This document shows, one piece after another, positions 13,370 to 25,798 of a stretch of 64,000 nucleotides of DNA (its first letter is position 1; each line of letters begins with the position of its first letter). Position numbers and translations under genes: made by a program. Source of the stretch: Octopus bimaculoides (taxonomy: Eukaryota). The notes below the pieces were generated by a model. The model had not been told where the DNA came from and did not search any database. It worked only from the letters and a program-made list of their open reading frames with translations. The stretch lies in the NCBI RefSeq assembly GCF_001194135.2, contig NC_068998.1:31073937-31137936 (forward strand), read 5' to 3'.

Positions 13370-14010
13370 TTTTTCTACTCTTTTATTTGTTTCAGTCATT
13401 TGACTGTGGCCATGTTGTAGCACCGCCTTTAGTCAAATAAATCGACCCCAGGACTTACTCTTTGTAAGCCTAGTATTTATTCTATTGGTCTCTTTTGCTG
13501 AACCACTAAGTTATGGGGATGTAAACACACCAACATCAGTTGTCAAGCAATGGTGGGAGGACAAACATAGACACACAAATACATACATACCAATAATAAT
13601 AGGAGCACTATGTTTTGTTAGTAAATGCTTATAGGAGAATCTGGTTAAACTGGGAATTCGTACATTACAAGTGCAATCAGTGAGTTAAACAGTAAAAATA
13701 TGCAAGACTTTTCTCAAGTTACAAATGTGAATTTGTCTGTGTTAACTACATCCCAAAGTGGAGCCTTGTAACTTTGTTGGAAACCGGCTCTCTCCTCAGT
13801 GGAAGGTTTATAATAATTAAAAAATAGAAGACAACCCACCACACACATGACAGGCTTCTTTCAGTTTCCGTCTACCAAATCCATTCACAAGGCTTTGGTC
13901 AGCCCTAGGCTATAGTAGAAGACACTTGCCCAAGGTGCCATGCAGTGGGACTGAACCCGGAATCATGTGGTTGGGAAGCAAGCGTCTTACCACACAGCTA
14001 CTCCTGTGCT
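13370..14010 (-). mobile_element. CORE-type tRNA SINE, head and tail separated by an insertion
   Basis: Head with B-box and ACCTTGGGCAAGT CORE motif at 13845-14010; tail at 13370-13590 homologous to 30430-30700 and 62690-62860. Confidence 0.7.
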
Positions 14011-14064
14011 ATTCAGTTCACTTTTGTTGTTGATTCTCAAGTCATTATTATTCTAGTCAATGGA

Positions 14065-14285
14065 AGTGGTGAGTAGGCATAATTGTTAACATGCTGGGCA
14101 AAATGCTTAGCAGCATTTCATTCATCTTCACATTCTGACTTCAAATGTTGCTGGGGTTAACTTTGCCTTCCATCCTTTCAGGGTTGATAAAATAAGTACC
14201 AGCTGAGCACTGGGGTTGACATGATTGACTTACTCCCTCTCCTGAAACTACTGGCATTGTGTCAAAATTGAAACCAACATTCTGG
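14065..14285 (+). mobile_element. tRNA SINE, same family as 3217-3448
   Basis: CTTTGCCTTCCATCCTTTCAGGGTTGATAAAATAAGTACCAG core. Confidence 0.75.
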
Positions 14286-14399
14286 TCAATGACTAAGTTT
14301 GATATTCTTACTACATGGTTACAACATTTGTGAAGATATTCTCAACTGAGGAAATTCATGTATATAGGTGTGCTTTGATACTGATGTGAAGTTTCCAGA

Positions 14400-15100
14400 T
14401 TGTACTGCTGTTATGGCGATCATGTATAACATTTTAACTAGTTAAATACTTATGCATGTAGACACATGTTTGTATCACAGAGAGGGCCATTTGTTAGCAT
14501 ATATGTGTTGTTGGTCTCAGGGTGTTGTTTTTGGTAAGGACTTGACTTAAGGAGGATACAGAGTGGACCAGATACATGCCTATCCCCTTTCTCTCAATTG
14601 CTTTTTAAATGGCAGAGTATGTACAGTAGTTTATGTAAGCATGTGTTCTTGTAATTCTGTATTTTATATTGTGGACCTTGTTGAGGATAGGTGAAAGATA
14701 TGGAGTATTAATTTGGATGTAGTTGTGCTTGGTACCATGGAGTTGGGTTGATATGATGTGCGTAAAGAGGTCTCTGCAGGTCATTTTCTTAAAGAATTCT
14801 GAAATGTTGAGTGTAAAGTGAAGTAAGGGAGAGCCTCTGTTTCATGTGAGTGTTCAATGATAAAACCAATGTGTTTATCAATATTATTGAAAGTATCAAA
14901 GATAGAATTACCTCCACCATAGGAGAATGTAAGGATATATCCTTGCATGTCATTGATATATCTTGTGGAATTGCAGGTATTAGGTACTAGGCTTTCCAAA
15001 ACTGAATCCCATGAGTATTCCAAAGTTTTGATTGTAGGTGTGTTGATTGAAGCTGATGTTTTTGTGACAATGATATAGAGAGGAGTTGGTGGATGTCTGT
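14400..15100 (-). mobile_element. Decayed PLE RT remnant
   Basis: ORF 14781-15023 reads TRYIND...FNNIDKHIGFIIEHS, matching the RYIDD...LN..HP.I.FT.E pattern of PLE RTs. Confidence 0.55.
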
Positions 15101-16075
15101 GGTGAGATTGTAATAATGGAGGTTAAAAGAGACAACTAGTTGGTTACAAAGTTAATAGCTGCAAGGGTAGGTTCAAAAGTTTAGAGAAATATTACATGTG
15201 CATACTTGTGGTGCTTGCATGTATCATTTTACATATTTTGATTAACTTGGAGGTTTGTACAAGCAGTTATTGCTTTTACACATATTGCAATGTTTCTAGT
15301 CAGTCATCAGTGTGTGGCTATAATGACATAATGTATTCATTTTGACTCTCTGTTCTGAGTTTGAATTCAGCCTGAGACTTCAAAGTAGAAGATATTCATG
15401 GCGGTGCACATTAAGATTGAACCTGGAACTATGTGCATCTCAAAAAAACTTCTTAAGGAAAGCCAATACTTATGTCTGCTTTCTAACCTTTTAAGTTGGT
15501 AGTCATTGTACTATATTTTGGGAAATGTTGTGAAATGGTTTTCTAAAGAAAGTTTAATGAAGAAAAACTTCATAGAAAGTTGGAACTGTTAGTTGAGTAT
15601 AAAGTAACTAAAGTAGAATTGGATCAATAGAAAGAATATGCCAAGTAAAATATTTGGATCATTTCTTTGATAATTTTGGCTAAGTATGCTGAATAGTGAT
15701 GATGACAAGAGTGGTGTATGTTTGAATTGCAAAGCTGTTTCCTTTGAAAATGGACATTAATTTTGCTTGAATAAGTTAACTACAATGAAGATTTTTATGA
15801 GTACTTTTGTATTGTTGAGGTGTGTGGTTTAATTCCAGATTTCTGGTGTTAAGAACTTATAATTCCTTTTCATTTAGACATTGGAAAGCACAATCTATTT
15901 CCTTTTGTCTTTTCTGTTGGAATTTTATTACAAGTGAGAGGTGTAAACAATCTCAATTTACTAAGTTTCATAATAATTAGAAGAGATTGATATGTCAAAG
16001 ACCCAGTCTTCAGATTATGTCAATATTAATGATGATGATGATAATGCAACTGATTTATTTCTGTTTATTTGTCAG

Positions 16076-16195
16076 GCTGTTGCTAGTTGTTATATTGAGT
16101 TGATCATCAAAGAGAGTGACAACAACGTGAAGCTCATTGTCCTTGATCGGCTGATTGCTTTGAAAGAGGTGCCTGCTCATGAGAAAGTTCTTCAG
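16076..16195 (+). CDS. COPB1: Coatomer subunit beta, internal exon ([40 protein letters not shown])
   Basis: CAG acceptor, GTAAGT donor at 16196; 120 nt; beta-COP motif [18 protein letters not shown]. Confidence 0.97.
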
Positions 16196-16834
16196 GTAAG
16201 TTCCTATAAATTTTTCTTCGTCTTTGATGATCTGCAATCAAAAACCATGCTAGCTTTGACCATCCCATCTTTAATTCAGACAGGGTATAGTGAACCTAGG
16301 TGTACATTATCCAATGTGTCATTTGTTTATAAGGCAGAAGGCTGAGATTTGCCTATTTCTAGTTTCCTCTTTTATATTATTGTTGCAAGACAAGTTTGTA
16401 GAATTTGGCACACAGTGTCTTCCCAGACTTACATGCTGTGTGTGGTTTACTAGAAATTATTCAGATTATTTTGTAACAATCTTCATAAAGATTTATCATG
16501 TTGCCTGATTAAACAAAATTGGTTTTATGAAAGTATAGTAAAGTGACAGTGATGACTGATTAAAATTTGGATGACTTCCAATCCTACCTGGATCAACTTT
16601 GTATATTTGTCTCGGTGGTTGATGAAATAAGTATTGGTCATGTGTATCAAATTTATGGCACTGTAACAATATTGCTAATTATCATTATGTCAATTTTAAC
16701 TGATAAAAGCGTTACCTCTTTTTCTTTTTTCATTCTCTCTACTCACATCTGTCATCTTTTTTTTATTGATCTCTCTCTACCTCATTTTCACTATCTCTCT
16801 ACACATCAACATTTTTATTCTCTACTTTTATAAG

Positions 16835-16942
16835 GAATTGGTAATGGACATCCTGCGTGTATTAGCAGCTCCTGATCTTGAAGTCAGAAAGAAAACATTA
16901 AGCTTAGCACTGGATCTTGTCACATCAAGGACAATAGAAGAG
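16835..16942 (+). CDS. COPB1: Coatomer subunit beta, internal exon ([36 protein letters not shown])
   Basis: AAG acceptor after a pyrimidine tract, GTAGGT donor at 16943; 108 nt; beta-COP motif [25 protein letters not shown]. Confidence 0.96.
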
Positions 16943-17664
16943 GTAGGTTTTGTTTGAACTCTTCCAACTTCACAGTAGGAGTGCCATCACTACATTACAT
17001 TTATCACAAGATATTTGTCTTATTTTCACTCTGCTAGGCTCCAACACTCTGCTAGGCTCCAACACTCTGCCATAGTAATTGTGCTATATTTTATTATATA
17101 TATATATCAATTTTTATTATTTTAATTTGAAAGGACTTTAATGGCTTTTGGTGAACAAAACATCAAACAGAGAGAAATATTGTTGTTTAACCCTAGATAG
17201 CTCTGATTAAGCATACCTAATGAAAGATGTTCTCCCTATGACATAGTGTATGTAAGGTTACATTATTCAGTGTGTAATTTCTTTTTTGGTTGTTTAACTA
17301 TATAGAAATTTACTTGTTGGTTGATGTTGGCTTAAGAATAATGATAAAAGTTAACGGCACCCAGTTTTAGGTAGCTTTCAAGGGTTAATACTTAGTTCCT
17401 ATTTTATGATATTAAACAAATGAGAGATTAATCTCCTCTACTGGATAAGATACCAATGTATTCCCTGATGATCTGGTACCTACACCCAGCATTTATGTGA
17501 GTTGAGGTAATGTGGAAGCATAGTTTTCTCACCTGAAATACAATAAAATTTGGATAGATTTTAACATTTGATCCTTTAATTTCTCCAGATGTTAGATTAA
17601 GTAGAGATGAACAATGATTTATATTCATTTCATTCAATAATCACTAAGCTAATATTTTTCTGAG

Positions 17665-18665
17665 TGTTAAGGATCTGCCAACGTCGTCTCCTTCATTGGG
17701 ACATGAAACTCAGCTTGCGAAGACTTATTGGGGCAAGCGAAATCGAAATCGTGATGGCACCTGTGCCCAGCGTCGCCTTTCTGGCACTTGTGCCCGCGGC
17801 ATGTGTAAGGACTTTTGAGTGAGATCGTTGCCAGTGCCCCTAGATTGGCTCTTGTGCGGGTGACACATAAAATACACCATTTTGAGCGTGGCCATTGCCA
17901 GTACCACCAGACTGGCCTTCGTGCCGATGGCACGTAAAAACACCCACTACACTCTCTGAGTGGTTGGCGTTTAGGAAGGGCATCCAGCTGTAGAAACTCT
18001 GCCAAATGCTGTGCGTGAGAAGACCCAGCAAGTCAAGTGAGACCTAAATCTAAGGCCTCAGCCAGTCCACTTAGGCGTACCTTCCTTCATTGGACACTAA
18101 ACTCCACTTGCGAAGACCTGTTGAGGCAAGTGAAATCGAAATCGAGTTAAATTGGATACTAAACTCCAATTGCGAAGACCTGTTGAGGCAAGTGAAATTG
18201 AAATTGAGTTAAATTTGACGACTGGCGCCCATGCCAACATTGTCTCCTTCATTGGACATGAAACTCAGCTTGCGAAGACTTATTGGGGCAAGCGAAAGCG
18301 AAATTGTGATGGCACCTGTGCCCAGCATCGCCTTTCTGGCACTTGTGCCTGTGGCATGTGTAAGGACCTTCGAGCGGGATCATTGCCTGGACTGGCTCTT
18401 GTGCGGGTGACACATAAAATACACCATTTTGAGCATGGCCGTTGCCAGTACCACCTGACTGGCCTTCGTGCCGATAGCACGTAAAAGCACCCTCTACACT
18501 CTCTGAGTGGTTGGCGTTAGGAAGGGCATCCAGCTGTAGAAACTCTGCCAAATCAGATTGGAGCCTGGTGTAGCCATCTGGTTTCACCAGTCCTCAGTCA
18601 AATCGTCCAACCCATGCTAGCATGGAAAGCGGACGTTAAACGACAACGACGATGATGATGATGAT
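17665..18665 (+). mobile_element. RTE LINE 3' UTR, tandemly duplicated, with (GAT)n tail
   Basis: Two GGAAGGGCATCCAGCTGTAGAAAC modules; internal junction at about 18006; tail GTTAAACGAC...GATGATGAT. Confidence 0.85.
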
Positions 18666-19048
18666 GTGTGTGTGTGTGTGCACGTGCGCACTCACACACA
18701 GTAATATCAATTACTTTAAAGACCAGAGTACATTGATGATTGTGCATTATTATTGTTTATTTAATCACGTATGATTTGAACACTATGAATCAATAGAAAA
18801 TCTTTTGTTCTTTAGTATTCAGTATGGCCAAAGTTATTTCTCTTTTATTCATTTGAACCAACCAAATCTGACCCCTCTACGAAATTGCTATAAAAAAACA
18901 AAACACATTATTGAATTCTCGTAGCTTTGAGAAAATGCAGGATAAAGCCTTTGCCACCTTTATTCAAATATAAATACTGTGAAATGTTTGAGACCACATG
19001 GTTTTTTTGAACATCTGAAGTGAAGTGTATATTTAAGTATTTATCAAT

Positions 19049-20470
19049 ATGGTGTCAGCAAGTAGCAATTCTGATGTTGAAGGTTTTACTGTTGGTGATA
19101 TACAAAATGTAAAAGAAAACAACAGTGATTTGTCTTCGGACGAATCTGATATTGATGTCAATGAATTTTCGTTGGACGAGGAAGAAGATTTTGATAGTGA
19201 AAGTGATGAAAATGACGATATTCAAAACATTACTATAACAGGTTGAAAATTACATCACCCACAATTCCTGATTTCACTGAAAATACTGGTTTACAACACA
19301 GTCTATCTTCTGATGCTCAACCATTGGACTATTATTTTTATTTTTAGCAGAAAGTTTTTTCAAAACTGTCACAGAGGAAATGAATAAATATGTTCAATGA
19401 ATGATTTCCATTTGTGGAAGACCTGATCAACTATGGCAGCCAACCAATACTGTAGAAATGTGTGCTTTTTTACCATAAACATTATGTTTGGTATCAAGCA
19501 GCTTTCTCGATTGTGGAACTTCTGGTGTCTCGATGTAAGGTATGGTGATCCATATATCTCTAGGATTATGTCAAAAACGAGGTATTTGAAAATATCTCAA
19601 CATTTGCATTTATTTGATTCTGTTAATGCCCCTGCAAGAATGACCCAAGCTACGATTCCCTGTATAAAGTGTGTCCAGTTATTAATTTACTTTCTGATAG
19701 GTATAAAACTGTGTATCTGCCTGGGGAAAATCTCACTGTAGATGAAGCCATGGTAGGCTGTAAGGATAGGGTACATTTTTAGCAATACATGCCTAGTAAA
19801 CCCACTAAATGGGGCACCAAGGTATGGGAAGTCTGTGAATCAGACACAGGGTTTTGTGCAAACTTTTGAGATTTACATGGAGAAAAAATATAAAGGAGAC
19901 AGACCATATGGATGGTGTATGGTCTTTAACTGAAGCATTTCACCATCATTACCGACCCCTGTATTTTAACTGTTTGTTTTCTTCAGTGGTTTTGGTGGAA
20001 CTTCTTGCCCATATAGGCATTTAGATGTGTAGTACTGTGATGAGCAATTGCAAAGGGCTACACTGTGAAATAAAAACAACAAAGTTAAAAAAGAGGGAAC
20101 ATTCTTCAGATGCAAAAAGGAATTTGGTAGTAACATGTAAAAACAAAAGACCAATTTTATTTCTGTCTACCAATAAATAACCTGGTGTTGGTGCTGAGAG
20201 GAAACCTGCAGTAAATATTTCCTACAATAAATATATGGGTGGTGTTGATAAATCCGACCAGTATAGGGCATACCACCCAGTTGGACGACCTGGAAAAAAT
20301 GGTGGAGATACATTTTGTAGTTTTTAGTGAATTTAACTATTGTTAATTCAGATATTGTTTATGTAAAAAGCCACAAGGTACCTTGACCACCAAAGGACAA
20401 CTGCCATATGAAATTTTGTGTTGACATTGCATCTCAGTTATGTGAGGGCTTTTCTTCCACAGAACTGAGA
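19049..20470 (+). pseudogene. Older, multiply disrupted piggyBac transposase
   Basis: Acidic N-terminus, TVDEAMVG, PTKWGTKVWEVCESDTG, YNKYMGGVDKSDQ and GRPGKKWWRY across several frames; no TIRs found. Confidence 0.85.
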
Positions 20471-20710
20471 GAAAAGCAATTAATCTGAATGTGAAAGTAT
20501 TAATTAGTATAATGCGGTTATTGACTGTTTTAACCATCATAATCATTTGACATCTTATTTACATTGTTTACAATTGATGGATATTTGTCCTCAACACAAC
20601 GCTTCACCTGATTTACCCTCTAACCTTTATCAGGTGCTTTGGGGAAATTTCGAACCTGGGTTCTCATTCCTAAGGTATTTTTTGTCGTCGCTGCTGCCGC
20701 CGCCGCATAT

Positions 20711-20782
20711 GGGTATAGGGTGTAGTGGTTAAGAGCGCGGGCTACTAACCCCAAGATTCCGAGTTCGATTCCAGGCAGTGAC
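20711..20782 (+). promoter_or_regulatory. tRNA-derived Pol III head (A box, B box), SINE-like
   Basis: A-box-like TAGTGGTTAAG 20723-20733, B-box-like GTTCGATTCC 20763-20772, CT-ACT-AA loop; imperfect cloverleaf. Confidence 0.8.
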
Positions 20783-20863
20783 TTAAATAATAATAATAAT
20801 AATAACAACAACAACATTGAAAAATACCTTAGGAATGAGAACCCAGGTTCGAAATTTCCCCAA

Positions 20864-20909
20864 GACACCTGATGAAGGCTGGAGGGTATATCAGCCGAAA
20901 CATTGTGTT
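20864..20909 (+). ncRNA. Minimal type-I hammerhead ribozyme motif
   Basis: Stem I ACAC/GTGT; CTGATGA 20869-20875; A; stem II GGCTG/CAGCC; GAAAC-ATT. The antisense arm reads GAAGC-GTT, so the inferred consensus is GAAACGTT. Confidence 0.82.
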
Positions 20910-23900
20910 AACGAACAAGATGAGGACAAATATCCATAAGTTGTAAATAATGTACATAGTTCCTCATCTCTTAAATATAGAGCTTTTTCATTTGACATCT
21001 GTTTTCCATGTTGGTATGGGACGGATGATTTGACAGCATCCTGCAAGCTTCTATGTTCCACTGTCAGTTTAGGTGTGGTTTCTATGGTTGTATATCCCTT
21101 TTTAATGCCAACTACTTTGCAGAGTGTATAGAGTGCTTCTTTCATGTTATCATTACTAGTGAGGTTGAAAAGAAAGGAACAGAAAGAAAGTAAAAAAGGG
21201 GAGATAAAGGCAACAAAGGAAAATGCCTTCTCAATTATATGGGGAAGGTAGTATTTCAGAGGGGTAGTGGCATGCCAAGTGTTGAGAAGCTTGATTGTGA
21301 TAGAGGAACAATCCCAGATAGCTTGTAATAAAGATAAGTGGTGGTGGGATGCTAGAGTATCTCAAGATACAGTGGATCATGGGGTGGAGGGAGACAATAG
21401 AGAGGGAAAGATTGGGGTAAAGGTGCATGTAATGAGTGATGGTGAGAGATATAGGAGTGGGTGTGATGAGGTTATTGAGAGTGATAGCAGGTAAGAGAGG
21501 TATTAAGAATGGAATATGGCAAAGGAGAGCAATGGCTGAAGGCAGAAAAGGAGGTGGTTGATGGAAATACTGTGGGCGGGGATGATAATGAGAAATGGAA
21601 GTGGCTCAGTCATGTCACTCTTCTATGTAGCATTACTGTAAGTACTCCAGCATCATAAATCTGCCTTTCACTTGGAGATAAAGATGTTTTGTTGCCAACA
21701 AACATAACAACTCTGAATCTTCGTCATCCCATTATTATTCTAGCAACCATTATTTTGAACATCGTCCTCCACAACTAATTAGGACAAATGAGTTTCGCTT
21801 AATTTAAGAACACTTTTGAAAAGATATTTTAATATTCAGTATTGTACTCTAATTCAGGCAAACTATTAATAAGTACTTTATTGTACCAGCCTAAGATTTG
21901 TTGTGAAAGCCCATCAATAGAGTTGGAATTGGGAATTGTCCAACTGCAAAAGCTAATATGGCTTAACAAGTCATAATTGTTGAAGTTGGATGCTCAGTAA
22001 CTGCTACTCACTATAAAATTGACTGTTCTGTCCATCCTTATCTGAGCAGCCATGTAAAACTACCAAAAGTATGGCCTGGTACATTCATCATTTGTCTATA
22101 AAAAACAGAAAAATGCCTGCTGTTTATATACTGGATAGCACGCAACAGAAATACCGCTTGCAAATTGGAAACAGCATCATAAAATATTGATCAAAGAGAT
22201 TTGAGCTTATGGGAAATGTTGCACTTTACAAAATGTACATTTCTCTGAAAAACTTTGTGCCCACATTCATTTTGCTTTTAAGAATTGCACATCAACAGAA
22301 TAGTCAAAACTCTTGAGGTCGGATGTGTCCAATTTTAATTTTGTTCAGTTCTGATGCCTGAGTGTTAGTCTTGAAGAAGAATTTCATCCAGGATGCTTGA
22401 ATTTTACAGTTAAGCATGCTGGTGGAATTGTCAGTGCTGCATGTCTGGTAGAGGAGTCCCATATATTAGGTATAAGGTACAGTACAGACTCTCTAGAGCA
22501 GATGATTGTGCGAACTGTACACACACAGGAAGATGAATACATAGTTGGATGTTAGCCATTGAATAAGGAGAGACAGGATGGAAAGTGAAGTGACCTGCAG
22601 CAGGTCAGCAGTCAAAATGAATTAAGGTGGCAGGTAGAGGAATGAAATCATGGGAAGATATAAAGGCATTGTGACACAATTAGAATGGAACAGAGAAGAG
22701 GAGGAGGGAGAGAACAGACTGCAGTGAAAAAGAAAAGATGAGAGAGAGAAAAAACGAAATGAGTGGAAGTGGTTGCTGAGAAATTGACATAAATGTAAAA
22801 TAAAAACTTTTCCTATGGTGTTACTTGCAGAAAAGAAAAATAAATAAGCATGAACGACTGGTAAAACACAGGGCAAGATACAAACAAGGTCATCATACTC
22901 TTTCATCAGCTGTTGACTGGGGGTCAGTGCAATTTTGGTTCACTAATCAACAAAACTGCACACTCACCCCAGCATGCTTGAGTTTTGGTGTCAAGACAGG
23001 ACAACAAGTATGCAAAATTAAACAAAAACATATAGCTCTTAAAGCTAAGACAAACAAAATATAGAAAGAAGTTACAGAGGATATTAAACAGTAAAATAAC
23101 TCAACAAAAAAAAATATATAATAAACTGGAGGCAAAGTGAGTCTGAAGCAGTGGATGTTGGACACTACTATGCAGTCAGTCAATAGGTTGACCGCCGAGT
23201 GTGCTGGTACTATTGTGTACATTGAGACAACATCAAGACTAAAGGCTTACTTGTTTTGTTTGGGGTCAGTTGGTGCAGTCTTTTGACGACTTCATCGGAG
23301 TTCTTGATGTGTCCAGGAAAGGTTTTGGGATGTGAGAAAGGAGCCAGGGTATTTTATACAGAAGTCCTTCCACGTTGGAGACGATCGGTCTAATCTGGAT
23401 CGTGTCTCTATTTTAATGAAGTGGTAGAATTTGGGTAATCTGCTGTTCTTTGTGATGAAGTTGGTCTTGTATTCATTATGTAGTTGTCTCCGTCTCCAAA
23501 TGTCAGTCCGGGTGGTGTTAATTCAGTCCTCAATCCTAGTTGGAGTTGTATCTGTCACTTATAGTCTGTCATTGCTTAGATGTTCTAGTGCCAGTCTGTC
23601 ATAAATTTCACAAGATATGCAGATTTCTTTCCCTTTGTCTAATGGTAAGTAGATAAGGTTTTTGTCTTTTAGTTTTGTCAATGTTTTATGTTGTGCCTTG
23701 GTTAAGTTTGGTATTATTCTCGATTCTTTTCTTTAGATGTTGGAGATTGACTGTTTCAGTCTGGATAGTTTGTGGTTGAGTTCTCGGTTGTTTGGGGGTT
23801 GGTTTGAGTGGGTTGTCTAACTGGTATGTGGGAAATTTGCCGAGTGTGTTGTTGTTGTTGCTCTTTATTACCGATAGACATTTGAGTTGGTAGGCTGTTT

Positions 23901-24431
23901 GGCAAAAGTTGGCTTCCAAGTCAAGAAAGATTTTTTCATTTGGCTCTTGGATCAAGATAAATTTAGGGCCTAGACTGAGGTGTTCTTGTTTTTCATGGGA
24001 GAGTGACCCACTCAAGTCTGTGATTAGGGGTTTCATTGTTGATGGGGTGCTGGTGTCCCTGATGTTAGGGCTATCTTCATCTATGTCAGTGTAATAGGCT
24101 GAGTTGTTGTTGTGGGAGTGTTTGGTACAAAGCCACAGGAATTTAAGTTTGAGGCATTTCTTCTCTTGGTCAACACAGTGGTGGTAGCATTGGTCAATAG
24201 CTGCAGTTGTTCTTCAGTGTGTAGGTTCTGGGGTGGACATGATGCTGGACATTATTTCAGAGAATTTGTGTATATGCTCATGGAGTTGGTGTAGATGGTG
24301 TATGATTTTTACTGATGACAAATGTACATATGTATTTCAATGATCGTCGAAGGGTAAGGCCGAGGAAGCATGTGGGTAAATATACGTTCCTGATGGTGTT
24401 GGGAATTATGTTGTTTTTTGGGCGCATTTAA

Positions 24432-25504
24432 CCCTTTCGTTACTAACCCTGCCGTAGCCGGCTGAAAAATTTTTTGGTTCATAAGACCAACCTGGCTGTA
24501 GCCAACCGAGGGTACCCATTGTTATTTAAATGTATATTTGAACCCAAATCTCGTTAGTACATTTGTTAAAACACCTGATTTCATTTTGCAAACAATTGAG
24601 TTATTGTATCCGACATTGTTTGGCGTGATATTTGAACTCAGTGAATTTTGAAAGACTCTTTTCCACATTTTATGCAGCGTTAATTTTTTTCAACTTTGAA
24701 GATGGAGAGGAGTTTCATGCTATCAAGCAGTGATTCCGAATTTGAAGGTTTTTCAACAGAAGATGTGGAGATATCGAAGAAAAGAATGAATGAGCTACAA
24801 AAGCACGTGGTGAATGATAATAAATCAGATATTTCTGTATCCGAAACTGAAAGCAGCGATTCTGAAAGCGGCGACGGCGACAGCAAGGATGATTTTACAC
24901 CAGAATGGAGTCAAGATTTAAAAAATGTTTTTATTAACAATTTTTCCAAGGAGACAGGGTCTACCCATAGTCTTTCTCAGGAAGCGAAACCTTTAGACTT
25001 CTTTTTCTTATTTTTTTCCAGCATGCTTGTTTGAAATGATTACTGCGGAAACCAACCGTTATGCAGAATGTAAACAAGCTGGAAAAAAAGATTGCTTGTG
25101 GTTTCCTGCAACTGTAGATGAAATACGGCCATTTTTTGCCATAAATATTATTATGGGTATTAGACAGTTACCCAGAATAATAAATTACTGGAGCGATCAG
25201 GAACCTTTTGGTGATGAAAGTTTCCAGTATTATGACGCAAGTACGATTCGTGAAGCTGAACCAATATCTACATGTGAGAGACACTAGCAGTACCCCAGTA
25301 CATGGAGAACTTTGAGACAAAAATAATGCAATAGAATTGATTAAGAATCCTTTCTTCAATTACATTCCAAATATCACATTAATATGTTGATAAATAAAAA
25401 AGTTGCAGGTGTTTAATGAGACTAGTCTAAATTCATGATTATTTTAGAATTTAATTGAAACTCATGAGGGGTGTATTTTGGTCAGAAATATAGTAACGAA
25501 AGGG
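24432..25504 (+). mobile_element. Internally deleted piggyBac (1073 bp), same family as 6551-9262
   Basis: TTAA at 24428-24431 and 25505-25508; same TIR; retains the transposase N-terminus (MKMERSFMLSSSDSEFEGFS); deletion join at about 25310. Confidence 0.95.
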
Positions 25505-25760
25505 TTAAAAGCAGTTTATTTGGCATCCGACTTCAGCACTTTTGTCCGATAGCTTGATTAACTCCCTAGCGGTCGCGAACTCAGCTGGACCCAGGCGTAA
25601 ACATAGAGAGTATTGTGGTTCATTGTGTATTGTTTGTGAAATGTAACATGTGTGGAATGGCACAACAATGCATTGTTGTGCCATTCCACACACGTTACAT
25701 GCAGACATGTTGCAAGCAGTGGACTATAATAATTGTTATAAACAATTTAATTATTTATAG

Positions 25761-25798
25761 TCTATCATTTTGGAATATAAAAATTCCTTCTTCAGAGA
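25761..25798 (-). ncRNA. Degenerate hammerhead motif in the PLE pseudo-LTR
   Basis: Minus strand: TCT CTGAAGA A GGAAT..ATTCC AAAATGAT AGA; G12 lost and non-canonical triplet. Confidence 0.5.

Larger units (their letters stand above)
20560..20954. mobile_element. Fold-back element: inverted HHR-bearing arms enclosing a tRNA-like cassette and an (AAT/AAC)n tract
   Basis: Arms 20560-20683 and 20820-20954; 20641-20682 and 20820-20861 are a perfect 42-bp reverse complement. Confidence 0.88.

Noticed and set aside
15992-16345. ORF-track entries 15992, 16766, 52431, 62298 and 63072 as independent small genes
   Set aside because: They are COPB1 exons (or an overlapping frame, for 63072) extended into intron sequence.
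20711-20782. Functional tRNA-Ser with ACT anticodon
   Set aside because: T stem and anticodon stem have mismatches, the 5' acceptor strand is not at the expected position, and there is no T-run terminator; treated as a SINE-like head.
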